Notes: generated by a model not told the origin, from the letters alone. Counted from the stretch's first letter, positions 40,037 through 49,650 are shown. The stretch: 64,000 nucleotides of DNA from a virus (IMGVR_UViG_3300027969_000082:9132-73131), one strand, 5' to 3'. Numbers and translations are program-made.

Positions 40037-40471
40037 ATCTGCTATCTCGTGAATAGTCTGGATTTTGTTTTGGATAATTTTATTCCTAAGACTTAGCTCA
40101 AGCCCTTTGTGTACAGGTTTTGGCAAACTCTCTAAATTAAACCAACCCCATGCAATGTGTTCGTTACTTAGTACTGGTATAAATTCGGCTTCTACTACAC
40201 AAAAATACGTATGAAAATTAAAAAGACTATCGTTACTGACAAAGCGTTCAAGCGGTATAGTCTTTTTAATATTGGGCATTGACCCTAATTCTTCCTCGAT
40301 TTCTCTCTGTAAGCCCTGCCATGCTGACTCATTAGAATGATTAGTGCCACCAACTAGTCCCCAACGTCCGGCATGTTTACCTTCTGATTTCTGTATCAAT
40401 AGAAATCGTTTTGTTGTCTGTGCGCAAATTAACGCACCTGAACAATCAATTATGTCATTATTAGAAGTTAT
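40028..40471 (-). CDS. Nudix hydrolase (probable non-AUG start)
   Basis: Nudix box G-TNHSN-E-SAWQGLQ-REIEEELG; frame is open upstream through CSGALICAQTTKRFLLIQK with no in-frame ATG. Confidence 0.85.
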   Translation of the reverse strand: MTSNNDIIDCSGALICAQTTKRFLLIQKSEGKHAGRWGLVGGTNHSNESAWQGLQREIEEELGSMPNIKKTIPLERFVSNDSLFNFHTYFCVVEAEFIPVLSNEHIAWGWFNLESLPKPVHKGLELSLRNKIIQNKIQTIHEIADLL

Positions 40472-42051
40472 AATTCTAACCTCCAGCTGCCGCGGCGATA
40501 ATCGCCATCAAAACTTTTCACCCAGTTAACTCCATTCCACTTGTATTGTACTAGTGTATAGATATTTGTCTGATAAATCAAGTTTTCTGAGTTTTCATCT
40601 GCTGAGAATATTACCCACCACTTGCTTCCGTCCCACTCAATAATATCATTTGCCTCTGCAATAAAGTCAGTACCGTCTGTATTTTTCCACGCATCTGGGC
40701 CATCTTCATTTAGATTCAACACGTAGGTAACTGTTCTACCTACTGGTATTGAGTTGGCTAATATAATAACATAGAATCCGTCACGTTCTATTGGGCTCCC
40801 CTGACCAACTTCGACCCCATTAACAAATACACGGCAGTCATTTACTTTTGCAAACTCAACTGTAGTGTTAATTCTTTGAATTTTTAATCCTGTGGTAAAT
40901 GTATCTCTAACACCACCGCCAATATTATCAATGATTAGATATCTAGTTCCGGGTACTAGGTTAGTTGGACCAGTAGTTGTGGGATCAATTACTGCATCAA
41001 AACTTCCTCGCTGTCCTTCTGGTCTAGCCGGACCTACGATCATGTCATTTGTTGGAAAAGTATCATCGTCCCAGTTAACCACCATCTCAGACCCGTCTAA
41101 CGGATTTATACTTAGATAACCTACTACTTCACTACCGTCGGGTTGTAACAAATAAATCTTTGCTAGTCCAGCAGTATATTTGCCTGGGTGTGATTGTAGG
41201 ATCACATTCCAATTTAACCAAACTCCGGGCTGTTTGCTACTTACTAGTTTGATTTTTCCTTCTGATACAATGATGTCAAAATCACCTAATGTGGCATTTG
41301 TGCTAGCAATTGAATTTGCAGGGTATGACTGTCCTGCATCAACATACACACCTAACCCGTCAATGTATGAGTCACTCATACCAGAACTATCAAAAGTACT
41401 CGAAATAATATTAGTAACGACTCCTAACTTTTTAACCTTTGCAGGAGGAGTAATCCATATAGGAGTAGTAAGTGTTAGCGTAGCAACATCAATTTGTGTA
41501 GAAGTGCCCATTGGAACTGTACGACTAGTAAAACTAACGTCACCAAGGTCAACAACTGTTAACGAAGTCCAGTCTACAAAATTGTCAGTAGTTTGTATTT
41601 CTAAACTTGGATTAAACAACACTAGGATTTGTTCAAGAATTTGTAATTTTTGTTCAGTGCTAGTTGACCATATATCAGCCTTAACTGATAACTTAAACGG
41701 AGTTGGCATTAAGCGTTCAACTGTGTAGTTTTGTCCTTGCGTACTAGTGTATGCACCAGTCTCTGGATCAATATCACGTTCACGAATATGCATCTTACTG
41801 ACTAAGGTTGCATCTCCTAGTCGAGTATTATCAAGGTCAAGATCAGTAATGTATATTGAAATTCTTGGAGCACTTTGTAGAGTATTTTCCGAGTTTTGAT
41901 TAATAATTGTTGCCGCTTGACGATCTTGATCGCCGTACATAACTGGAACACGTACTAGTGTACCGTCTCCATATCTAACTACAAAATTACTTAGGAGTCT
42001 AACTATTTGTAATAAGTATCGGCGTATTTGCCCATCATAAAAATATTGCAT
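40468..42051 (-). CDS. gp15: T4 gp15-like tail sheath stabilizer/terminator with C-terminal extension
   Basis: YFYDGQIRRY...RVPVMYG...PTPFKL...QILEQILVLFNP. Confidence 0.75.
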   Translation of the reverse strand: MQYFYDGQIRRYLLQIVRLLSNFVVRYGDGTLVRVPVMYGDQDRQAATIINQNSENTLQSAPRISIYITDLDLDNTRLGDATLVSKMHIRERDIDPETGAYTSTQGQNYTVERLMPTPFKLSVKADIWSTSTEQKLQILEQILVLFNPSLEIQTTDNFVDWTSLTVVDLGDVSFTSRTVPMGTSTQIDVATLTLTTPIWITPPAKVKKLGVVTNIISSTFDSSGMSDSYIDGLGVYVDAGQSYPANSIASTNATLGDFDIIVSEGKIKLVSSKQPGVWLNWNVILQSHPGKYTAGLAKIYLLQPDGSEVVGYLSINPLDGSEMVVNWDDDTFPTNDMIVGPARPEGQRGSFDAVIDPTTTGPTNLVPGTRYLIIDNIGGGVRDTFTTGLKIQRINTTVEFAKVNDCRVFVNGVEVGQGSPIERDGFYVIILANSIPVGRTVTYVLNLNEDGPDAWKNTDGTDFIAEANDIIEWDGSKWWVIFSADENSENLIYQTNIYTLVQYKWNGVNWVKSFDGDYRRGSWRLEL

Positions 42052-43352
42052 TATAAGTCTGCCTTAGGTTTAAGTGCCTTGCTTAATGCTTGACGTTCTG
42101 CAACATCTTCACCGGCAATGTTATCAGTTGCTGTATTATTAATGAATCCAGTTCTGAAAGTTTGTCGAGTATCAGTATTTGACAAGGTAGTGCGAATTGC
42201 ATCTTCACGTTTAACCCAACGCTTTCCGTCATATCTAAAAAGTCTATTAGGTAAAAAGTCAGTCCTTAAGAAGAAGTCGCCATCAATTGCTCCTGCAGGA
42301 AAAGCGATGCCGTGACCAAAATCAACACCATTAGTGGGGATACCGTCACCTAGTAAGTATCCACTGTAGCCAGATCTATTTGGTCTATCTGCAATTCTAC
42401 TTGCATCCAAATGTGTACTAGATGCATCTGGGGGTGCTGTTGCATCGTCAACTGTTAGTAAAGTAGGATTACCAAACTCGTCAGCAGATAGTGAATAAAA
42501 TTGTTGTGTTTCATAACCACTCTTCGGAGCATTAGCTTCTGCTTGCGCAAGAATAGCATCATTAATTTCAAGACTTTTAGTTTGAGTACTTAATATACTT
42601 TGTAATGTTGCACCGGAATATACACTAAAATAAGTTGCATTAGGTGGCTCATTACCTGTAGTAGTTGCAGTAACTTGATACAATGTACCTTGATAACGTA
42701 CAATTTCACCGGCAGTATAAGTTGCCGCTGGGTCATAATCGCCTGTAAAATTAGCATCTTTATTTGTGGGAATATTAAGAATGTCAGCATACTGTTGTTG
42801 ATCAGCAATCTTTCCTAATTTTAATCTGTATAAGTGCGGATACCATGTGCGACTAAAACCCTCAGCAGCACGACCTACTTCGCTAACAACAAAGAATCTT
42901 GGTAATGCTTGGTCAGCATCGTTAAGTGCAAATTCATCTCGTAAATGTGGAAGCTCTACAACGTCACCTGCTAATGGCTTACGCCCTACTAGTTTGATAA
43001 AATCATTAATATGCACAGTCATAAAAACTGTGTCATTATCAATAAACAAGCCAAACTGACTTAGGTTAAAGTCAATGTCAGATACATTATAAACACCACG
43101 TACTGTGTATATTGAGCTGTCGTATTTCCTATCACGATTTTCAAGGAATAACAAGTCCTGTATATTTGTTTCTTTTACAGCATCGTACATGGGCATATCC
43201 GCAGTACTTTCACCTGTTAACGGATTTTTAGGACCCAGGTATTTGTGCAGATATAAGTCAGTACCGCCCACCTGAAACATTTCAGATATGCTGCGATCGT
43301 GAAATTTGTAATCGTTGCCTTTCTCGGGCTTGTAAAGGGATAAACGTGGCAT
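42051..43352 (-). CDS. gp14: T4 gp14-like neck protein
   Basis: DLLFLENRDRKY, LSQFGLF and GDVVELP motifs; adjacent to gp13 and gp15. Start moved to MPRLSLY at 43352. Confidence 0.6.
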   Translation of the reverse strand: MPRLSLYKPEKGNDYKFHDRSISEMFQVGGTDLYLHKYLGPKNPLTGESTADMPMYDAVKETNIQDLLFLENRDRKYDSSIYTVRGVYNVSDIDFNLSQFGLFIDNDTVFMTVHINDFIKLVGRKPLAGDVVELPHLRDEFALNDADQALPRFFVVSEVGRAAEGFSRTWYPHLYRLKLGKIADQQQYADILNIPTNKDANFTGDYDPAATYTAGEIVRYQGTLYQVTATTTGNEPPNATYFSVYSGATLQSILSTQTKSLEINDAILAQAEANAPKSGYETQQFYSLSADEFGNPTLLTVDDATAPPDASSTHLDASRIADRPNRSGYSGYLLGDGIPTNGVDFGHGIAFPAGAIDGDFFLRTDFLPNRLFRYDGKRWVKREDAIRTTLSNTDTRQTFRTGFINNTATDNIAGEDVAERQALSKALKPKADL

Positions 43353-43359
43353 AGTACAA

Positions 43360-43375
43360 TATTTAGCGATAAATA
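43360..43375. promoter_or_regulatory. Back-to-back divergent late promoters (TATTTA-GCGA-TAAATA)
   Basis: Inverted TAAATA pair in the 38-nt gap between the divergent gp14 and gp13 genes. Confidence 0.65.
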
Positions 43376-43390
43376 ACATGGGAGATACAA

Positions 43391-44152
43391 ATGTCAGACA
43401 ATCCACAACAGGTTAAACAGCAAGTTTTTGATTATTGCCGCGCTATGCTAGGTGACGGCATGATTGACGTTGAGCTTGATCCAATTCATTATGAAACAGC
43501 GTTAGATCGTGCATTAACACGATTCCGCCAACGTAGTCCGAATGCAGTAGAAGAAAGCTACAGTTTTTTAACCCTTGAGAAAGACAAAAATGATTACATA
43601 CTTCCTGCAGAAATTATTAATGTTCAGTCTGTTTTTAGAAGAACACTGGGATCAAGAACTGGAGGAGGAACTGGTACAAACTTTGAACCTTTCAATCTTG
43701 CGTACACTAATACGTATCTCTTAAACTCAACAATGATGGGTGGCATTGCTACATACTTTATGTTTGCCAGCTATCAAGAAATGATAGGTAAAATGTTTGG
43801 GGCCTATATTGAGTTTCAATGGATCCCATCTAGCCGTACTATTAGAATACTACAACGTCCATTTAGTGAAGGCGAAGTAATCGGCCTGCGTACTCAGAAT
43901 TTTAGACCTGACTATCTTATCATTGAAGACATATATGCTAAACAATGGATACGTGATTATACTCTAGCTAACTGTAAGATTATGTTAGGCGAAGCACGTA
44001 GCAAGTTTCAAAGTATCGCTGGCCCGCAGGGAGGCGGCAGTTTAAACGGTAATGATTTAAAATCAGCAGGTAAAGAAGAACTAACGGCACTAGATAAAGA
44101 ATTAGAAACCTTAATCAGTGGTGGAACTGGCTATACATTTGTTATTGGTTAA
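43391..44152 (+). CDS. gp13: T4 gp13-like neck protein
   Basis: DYCRAMLGDGMIDVELD...WIRDYTLANCK...LGEARSKF...GPQGGGSLNG. Confidence 0.8.
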   Translation: MSDNPQQVKQQVFDYCRAMLGDGMIDVELDPIHYETALDRALTRFRQRSPNAVEESYSFLTLEKDKNDYILPAEIINVQSVFRRTLGSRTGGGTGTNFEPFNLAYTNTYLLNSTMMGGIATYFMFASYQEMIGKMFGAYIEFQWIPSSRTIRILQRPFSEGEVIGLRTQNFRPDYLIIEDIYAKQWIRDYTLANCKIMLGEARSKFQSIAGPQGGGSLNGNDLKSAGKEELTALDKELETLISGGTGYTFVIG

Positions 44153-44154
44153 CT

Positions 44155-44346
44155 ATGCGAGTAACTGAAATTATTGCTGAAAATTTTGCTGACGGTCGCA
44201 ACCCACAAGATAAAGGCGACGCTAAACGTCACGGTATTAATACTAAGGCTAGTGTGAGTAGTCTACGTAAAACAGCCAAGCAAGGCGGACGTAAGGGACA
44301 ATTAGCCCATTGGTTAGCTAATATGAAAGCAGGAAGAGCAAAATGA
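44155..44346 (+). CDS. Small basic protein, putative internal head protein
   Basis: MRVTEIIAE N-terminus followed by a K/R-rich body. Confidence 0.5.
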   Translation: MRVTEIIAENFADGRNPQDKGDAKRHGINTKASVSSLRKTAKQGGRKGQLAHWLANMKAGRAK

Positions 44347-44888
44347 AAGTATTTGAAATAATTAATGAATCTGCTGCATGGCGCAGAAAAGAAGGTAAGA
44401 GCAAAGCAGGTGGACTAAATGCCAAAGGTGTTGCTAGTTATCGTCGCGAAAATCCGGGCAGTAAGCTACAGACAGCAGTTACTACTAAACCTAGTAAACT
44501 AAAAGCAGGATCTAAAGCTGCTAAACGTCGTAAATCATTCTGTGCTAGAATGGGCGGAGTTAAAGGTCCAATGAAAAAACCTAACGGCAAACCAACACGT
44601 AAAGCACTGGCGTTGAGAAAGTGGAATTGTGAAAGTGTAGAGCATATGGTAGAAATGATCTTAGAAAATATGGATCATGACAAAGACAATCAAGCAGTAC
44701 CTGAATTAAAGGCAGCATTGATTGCTCAAAAGACAAAACTACAAAAGGCAAGCGACGACGAAGTCTATGATATCATTGATAACATAATGACACGCATTGC
44801 CAAGACACACGGCATCAGCGGCCAGAAGTTGCACGACATGTGGGTTGATCAATATGATCAAGTGCCCGATACTTGGATAATGAAATGA
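44343..44888 (+). CDS. Basic hypothetical protein, putative internal head protein
   Basis: MKVFEIINE N-terminus; K/R-rich GGLNAKG...RRKSFCARM...WNC domain and an acidic C-terminal part. Confidence 0.55.
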   Translation: MKVFEIINESAAWRRKEGKSKAGGLNAKGVASYRRENPGSKLQTAVTTKPSKLKAGSKAAKRRKSFCARMGGVKGPMKKPNGKPTRKALALRKWNCESVEHMVEMILENMDHDKDNQAVPELKAALIAQKTKLQKASDDEVYDIIDNIMTRIAKTHGISGQKLHDMWVDQYDQVPDTWIMK

Positions 44889-45262
44889 AAGTACACGAAA
44901 TTATTACCGAAGCTAAAGGTATGAAGAAAATTGATGATACACATAAGTCTGCTATGAAAAACGCAATGACGTTCCCGTCAATGAATATGAGTACTGGAAG
45001 TGCATATTTAGGATGGCGCATGGGCATTGCAATGGCAGGCGCACCAACCTATCCAACTAAGATGAATGCTGATAATTGGATTGGAGGTGATCCGCTATTA
45101 TCAACTTATACTAAAGAAGAAATGGATATTGTCAATGCCGCAGCCAAGGCTGTAGGTGCCGGATCCGCTCAAAATTGGAGCGGTGACCGTAGTAAAGAAA
45201 TTGCCGGAACTAATGTAGCAAGTCCGGTTGCCAAACGCAAATTGAACAAATACGGAATATAA
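44885..45262 (+). CDS. Hypothetical protein, putative internal head protein
   Basis: ATGA overlap with the previous stop; MKVHEIITE N-terminus. Confidence 0.55.
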   Translation: MKVHEIITEAKGMKKIDDTHKSAMKNAMTFPSMNMSTGSAYLGWRMGIAMAGAPTYPTKMNADNWIGGDPLLSTYTKEEMDIVNAAAKAVGAGSAQNWSGDRSKEIAGTNVASPVAKRKLNKYGI

Positions 45263-45267
45263 ATTTC

Positions 45268-45296
45268 TTGACATTGTAATCTAATTGTTATATACT
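45268..45296 (+). promoter_or_regulatory. Sigma70-type promoter TTGACA-N17-TATACT
   Basis: Near-consensus -35/-10 with a 17-nt spacer upstream of dNMP kinase. Confidence 0.8.
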
Positions 45297-45317
45297 AGCG
45301 TTATCTAAGGAGACGCT

Positions 45318-46016
45318 ATGATTATAGGTGTGTGCGGTTTTATTGGTTCAGGCAAAGATACAGTTGCCGATTATCTAACTAACTTTCATGGTTTTCGACG
45401 AGAATCTTTTGCCAACAGCCTTAAAGATGCAGTAGCACAAGTCTTTGGTTGGGATCGAACCATGCTAGAAGGCCGTACCAAACAAGCTCGTGAATGGCGT
45501 GAACAGGTAGATCCTTGGTGGTCAGAGAGACTTAACATGCCTAACTTAACCCCACGTTGGGTACTGCAATATTGGGGTACAGAAGTATGCCGACGAGCAT
45601 TCCATGATGACATTTGGATTGCTGCCTTAGAAAACAAACTGCGTAATAGTACAGATGATATTGTTATCAGTGATTGCAGATTCCCTAACGAAATCAAGTC
45701 AATTAAAGATGCTGGTGGAATCGTTGTACGAGTCATTCGCGGCTCCGAACCCGAATGGTACGATGCGGCAATTAGCCTTAATAAGGGCGACCGTGGTAAT
45801 ATGAATTGGGCATTAAGTAGAGCTAAAATAGAAGAATTAAAAATTCATGCTAGCGAAACAGCATGGGTGGGAACAGAATTTGATGCAGTGCTAGATAATA
45901 ATTCTACTATTGAAGACCTATTTGCCCAGGTTAGAAATCTGGTTTCAGATCTCCCTGTTTCCACTGAACCCCTTCCCTATGTAGAATCCTCTGACAGTTT
46001 GCACACACTGTCTTAA
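45318..46016 (+). CDS. Deoxynucleoside monophosphate kinase (T4 gp1-like)
   Basis: GFIGSGKDT P-loop, SFANSLKD, TPRWVLQYWGTE, ISDCRFPNE, HASE. Confidence 0.9.
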   Translation: MIIGVCGFIGSGKDTVADYLTNFHGFRRESFANSLKDAVAQVFGWDRTMLEGRTKQAREWREQVDPWWSERLNMPNLTPRWVLQYWGTEVCRRAFHDDIWIAALENKLRNSTDDIVISDCRFPNEIKSIKDAGGIVVRVIRGSEPEWYDAAISLNKGDRGNMNWALSRAKIEELKIHASETAWVGTEFDAVLDNNSTIEDLFAQVRNLVSDLPVSTEPLPYVESSDSLHTLS

Positions 46017-46272
46017 GATTACTTGGACGAGAATTATTTAGATTTCCGTCCATGTGAAATACATTAAACTGTTCAGTAAATTTAGATTTAAATCCACATT
46101 TATCGCATACAGATTTCATGCGGTATCCATCCCTGTACCACTTAGGTTCTCCACTACGTATCCCACCGTGGTGTAGACACGCCTCACATCGCTTACGATA
46201 GTAAGTGCGTCCGTTCTTAACATAGTTAATAGCCGCGGGTCTAAGCCCGCAAATACACAAGGGTCTTGCCAT
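45931..46272 (-). CDS. Zn-finger/HNH-like protein
   Basis: CxC...CxxC, CDKCGF...FHMDGNLNN...NLKTVCANC. Start at MARPL. Confidence 0.7.
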   Translation of the reverse strand: MARPLCICGLRPAAINYVKNGRTYYRKRCEACLHHGGIRSGEPKWYRDGYRMKSVCDKCGFKSKFTEQFNVFHMDGNLNNSRPSNLKTVCANCQRILHREGVQWKQGDLKPDF

Positions 46273-46276
46273 AGTG

Positions 46277-46284
46277 TATTTATA
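46277..46284 (-). promoter_or_regulatory. T4 late promoter TATAAATA
   Basis: Exact consensus 4 nt upstream of the HNH-like ATG. Confidence 0.7.
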
Positions 46285-46341
46285 CCGGACCTTTTTGACC
46301 CCTTTTCTATGGTGTATTAATAGCATTTTTTATCCAAATAC

Positions 46342-46349
46342 TATAAATA
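46342..46349 (+). promoter_or_regulatory. T4 late promoter TATAAATA
   Basis: Exact consensus upstream of the tail sheath gene. Confidence 0.8.
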
Positions 46350-46381
46350 CATGTAGAACAAGAACCTTAGGAGATTCCAAA

Positions 46382-49300
46382 ATGGCATTAAGTTCACCAG
46401 GCGTACAAGTCAGCGTAATTGACGAATCATTTTATACACCAGCAGAACCTGGCACAGTCCCTTTGATTGTGGTAGCAACAGCTGAGAACAAATCAAACGG
46501 CGGAGGCACCGGCATCGCCCCGGGAACACAAGTTGCCAACGACGGAACAGTGTATTTGCTAACAAGTCAGAAAGACCTAGCAGATACTTTTGGAGACCCA
46601 GTTTTCAAGACTGACTCTAATAACAACCCTATCCATGCAGGCGAGCAAAACGAATACGGTTTGCAAGCTGCCTACAGTTTACTAGGTGTTAGCAATCGTG
46701 CATTTGTAGTTAGAGCAAATGTTGATTTAGATCAACTAAATGCCAGCGCAGAAGCACCGTCAGCTAATCCAGCAAACGGTACATATTGGTTAGACACACA
46801 AAATACAGCATTTGGTATTTTTGAATGGAACGATGCACCAGCAGCAGCTGGCGGTCAAATGTTTGTCAAGAAGACACCGATTGTTATTACTGACACAAAC
46901 AAGATCGATGGTGACATACCAAAGACCTCAGTTGGTGCAATCGGTGATTATGCAGTTGATGCTACACAAACTCCAGTATCTATATTCCATAAAAATACTA
47001 CAGGCGACTGGAATAAAGTTGGTAGTAATGACTGGCAATCAAGCATTCCTACAGTATCAGGTGCTGCATTTACATCAGCTACAAATGGTCAAACATTCCT
47101 TATCAACACTAATAGTATTGCTATTAGCGTAGGCGGTGCAACCGGAATTGACGGAGTAGTTGAAGACATCAACAATGCAAACATTGCTGGTATTACTGCA
47201 TCCAAATTAAACAACAAAATTCAAATTTTCTCAACAAGCACATCAGTAGATATTGCTGCTGGTACAGCATCTCTAACTAATCTTGGACTAACAGCTGGTG
47301 TATATGCTGCACCTAAACTAGCAATTGACAAGCACACGGCAGTTCCTCAATGGAAACATGCTTCTAATGCAGGAAACGTTGCTGCTACTGGTTCTGTCTG
47401 GATCAAGACTACTGAACCAAACGGTGGCGCACGTTGGAGAGTCAAGCGTTTTAATGCAGGCACTGCACTATGGGAAGCAGCAGAAGCTCCTATATATTCA
47501 ACAGCATCAGCAGCATTAAATGCATTAGATTCTGCAGGCGGCGGATTAAATCTAGCAGTTGGTACATTGTTTACACAGTCTAATTCGTACAGTGCCGATA
47601 CAGCAGAAGCAGACTTTACGGTATATCGTCGTAAGGCGAGCGGAGCAACTACTATTACTTCAGCTGTAATTACTGATACAACATTTGATGGCGCCGAAGG
47701 TTATAGATTTACTATTAAAGAAAGTACAGTTGGTTCAGCTACTATCTCTGGTGCAACAACAGTTGAGTTTAATACTGTTGCTACTGGTGCTGGAAAAGGC
47801 CTTGCTGATGCTGACCTTATTGCTAGTGCAATTAACGCCGCTGGTCTTACTAATGTGCAAGCGTCGATCGACAGTCAAAACCGCATAGTGATTACTCATT
47901 CTAAAGGCGGCGAAATGGCATTTGAGGACACGTACTACAATACCACAGGATTTATACCTGAATCAGGCCTTGGTGTTGCAGCTAATATGATTTCACTTGG
48001 TTCTCAAAAGTATATTGCTTCATTATGGGCACCATTAAGCTACACAGCAGGTATGGATGCTCCTATGGCATTGGCAGCAGATGGCGCACTATGGTACAGT
48101 TCAGTAATTGACGAAATTGACATTATGATTCATGATGGTACTACATGGGTTGGTTATGCTAGTGTTGCTGGTACAGATCCAGCAGGTCCTATTGTAAGTG
48201 CTACTAAGCCTGATATGCAAAGTGATGAATCAGCATTAGTTACTGGCGATCTATGGATTGATACTAGCGACATTGAAAACTTTCCAACTATCTACAAATA
48301 TAATGCAGATTTAGCAGTAGGACAACGTTGGGTATTAGTCGACAAGACCGATCAAAGCACAGAAGATGGTATCTTATTTGCAGATGCTCGAGCAGGCGCA
48401 AATGGTGGATCAGCTACATCAGCACCAGACTCAACTATTGTTGAATTGCTAGATAGTGCTTTCTTAGACTTCGATGCTCCAGATCCTGCACTATATCCAA
48501 AAGGTATGTTGCTATGGAATCTACGTCGTTCAGGATTTAACGTTAAGAAATTTGTACGCAACTATGTTGACCTAGCTGGCGACAACGGTCGTCAAGGTGG
48601 CGCATCAATGGCTCTTTACTATCCACATCGTTGGGTAACTGAAAGTGCCAACCAAGCCGACGGTTCTGGTACATTTGGTCGTAAGGCACAACGTGCAGTG
48701 GTTGTACAAGCTCTACAGGCAACTGTAAATGCTAACCAAGACATCCGTGATGAAGAAAGCCGTGTGTTTAACTTAATTGCTTGCCCAGGTTATCCTGAGC
48801 TAATTGGTGAGTTAATCAGCTTAAACTACGATCGTGGTTTAACTGCATTCGTAGTTGGTGATACCCCTGCTCGTTTAACAGCCGATGCAACTAGTTTGTT
48901 AGCATGGGGCAATAACCTAAATGGCGCATTAGAAGACAACGATATTGGTGCAACTAGCTTTGACGAATACATGGGTATGTTCTATCCATGGGGTTATACA
49001 AGCGACAACTTTGGTAACAATGTTGCTGTTCCTCCAAGCCACATGATCTTAAGAACTATTGCTCTAAACGACCAAGTTGCTTATCCATGGTTTGCACCAG
49101 CAGGTGTACGTCGTGGTGGTATTACTAACGCAACAGCAGTTGGTTATATCAGCGGCGAAGGCGAGTTTAAATCAGTTGCACTAAACACTGGACAACGTGA
49201 TACATTATATGAAGCAAAGATTAATCCTATTACATTCTTAACAGGTACAGGCCTAGTTAATTATGGTCAAAAGACACGTGCTCGCGCAGCAAGTAGCTTA

Positions 49301-49621
49301 GATCGTATTAACGTAGCACGTCTAGTTTGCTACTTACGTAGACAACTAAGTGCATTAGCTAAGCCATATATCTTTGAGCCAAACGATAAGGTAACTAGAG
49401 ACCAGATCAAGAACGCAGTTGATGGATTGATGCTTGAGCTAGTTGGTCAACGTGCATTGTATGATTACGTAGTAGTTTGCGACGAATCTAACAATACTCC
49501 TTCAAGAGTTGATCGTAACGAACTATGGATTGATATTGCGATTGAGCCAGTTAAGGCAATTGAATTTATCTACATTCCATTACGCTTGAAGAATACTGGC
49601 GAAATCGCCGCATTAGGTTAA
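46382..49621 (+). CDS. gp18: Tail sheath protein (gp18-like, 1079 aa, with insertions)
   Basis: MALSSPGVQVSVIDES; PPSH...WFAPAGVRRG...INPI...GQKT...LDRINVARL...FEPND...IEFIYIP; AGGAG SD. Confidence 0.95.
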   Translation: MALSSPGVQVSVIDESFYTPAEPGTVPLIVVATAENKSNGGGTGIAPGTQVANDGTVYLLTSQKDLADTFGDPVFKTDSNNNPIHAGEQNEYGLQAAYSLLGVSNRAFVVRANVDLDQLNASAEAPSANPANGTYWLDTQNTAFGIFEWNDAPAAAGGQMFVKKTPIVITDTNKIDGDIPKTSVGAIGDYAVDATQTPVSIFHKNTTGDWNKVGSNDWQSSIPTVSGAAFTSATNGQTFLINTNSIAISVGGATGIDGVVEDINNANIAGITASKLNNKIQIFSTSTSVDIAAGTASLTNLGLTAGVYAAPKLAIDKHTAVPQWKHASNAGNVAATGSVWIKTTEPNGGARWRVKRFNAGTALWEAAEAPIYSTASAALNALDSAGGGLNLAVGTLFTQSNSYSADTAEADFTVYRRKASGATTITSAVITDTTFDGAEGYRFTIKESTVGSATISGATTVEFNTVATGAGKGLADADLIASAINAAGLTNVQASIDSQNRIVITHSKGGEMAFEDTYYNTTGFIPESGLGVAANMISLGSQKYIASLWAPLSYTAGMDAPMALAADGALWYSSVIDEIDIMIHDGTTWVGYASVAGTDPAGPIVSATKPDMQSDESALVTGDLWIDTSDIENFPTIYKYNADLAVGQRWVLVDKTDQSTEDGILFADARAGANGGSATSAPDSTIVELLDSAFLDFDAPDPALYPKGMLLWNLRRSGFNVKKFVRNYVDLAGDNGRQGGASMALYYPHRWVTESANQADGSGTFGRKAQRAVVVQALQATVNANQDIRDEESRVFNLIACPGYPELIGELISLNYDRGLTAFVVGDTPARLTADATSLLAWGNNLNGALEDNDIGATSFDEYMGMFYPWGYTSDNFGNNVAVPPSHMILRTIALNDQVAYPWFAPAGVRRGGITNATAVGYISGEGEFKSVALNTGQRDTLYEAKINPITFLTGTGLVNYGQKTRARAASSLDRINVARLVCYLRRQLSALAKPYIFEPNDKVTRDQIKNAVDGLMLELVGQRALYDYVVVCDESNNTPSRVDRNELWIDIAIEPVKAIEFIYIPLRLKNTGEIAALG

Positions 49622-49624
49622 TCC

Positions 49625-49632
49625 TATAAATA
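49625..49632 (+). promoter_or_regulatory. T4 late promoter TATAAATA
   Basis: Exact consensus upstream of the tail tube gene. Confidence 0.8.
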
Positions 49633-49650
49633 CTATACAGGAGCTATAAT

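Noticed and set aside
43353-46381. ORF-track starts at 43406, 44873, 46274 and 46326 (also 38496 and 59216 elsewhere)
   Set aside because: These upstream extensions run through promoters or neighbouring genes; downstream ATGs fit SD/promoter positions and family N-termini better.
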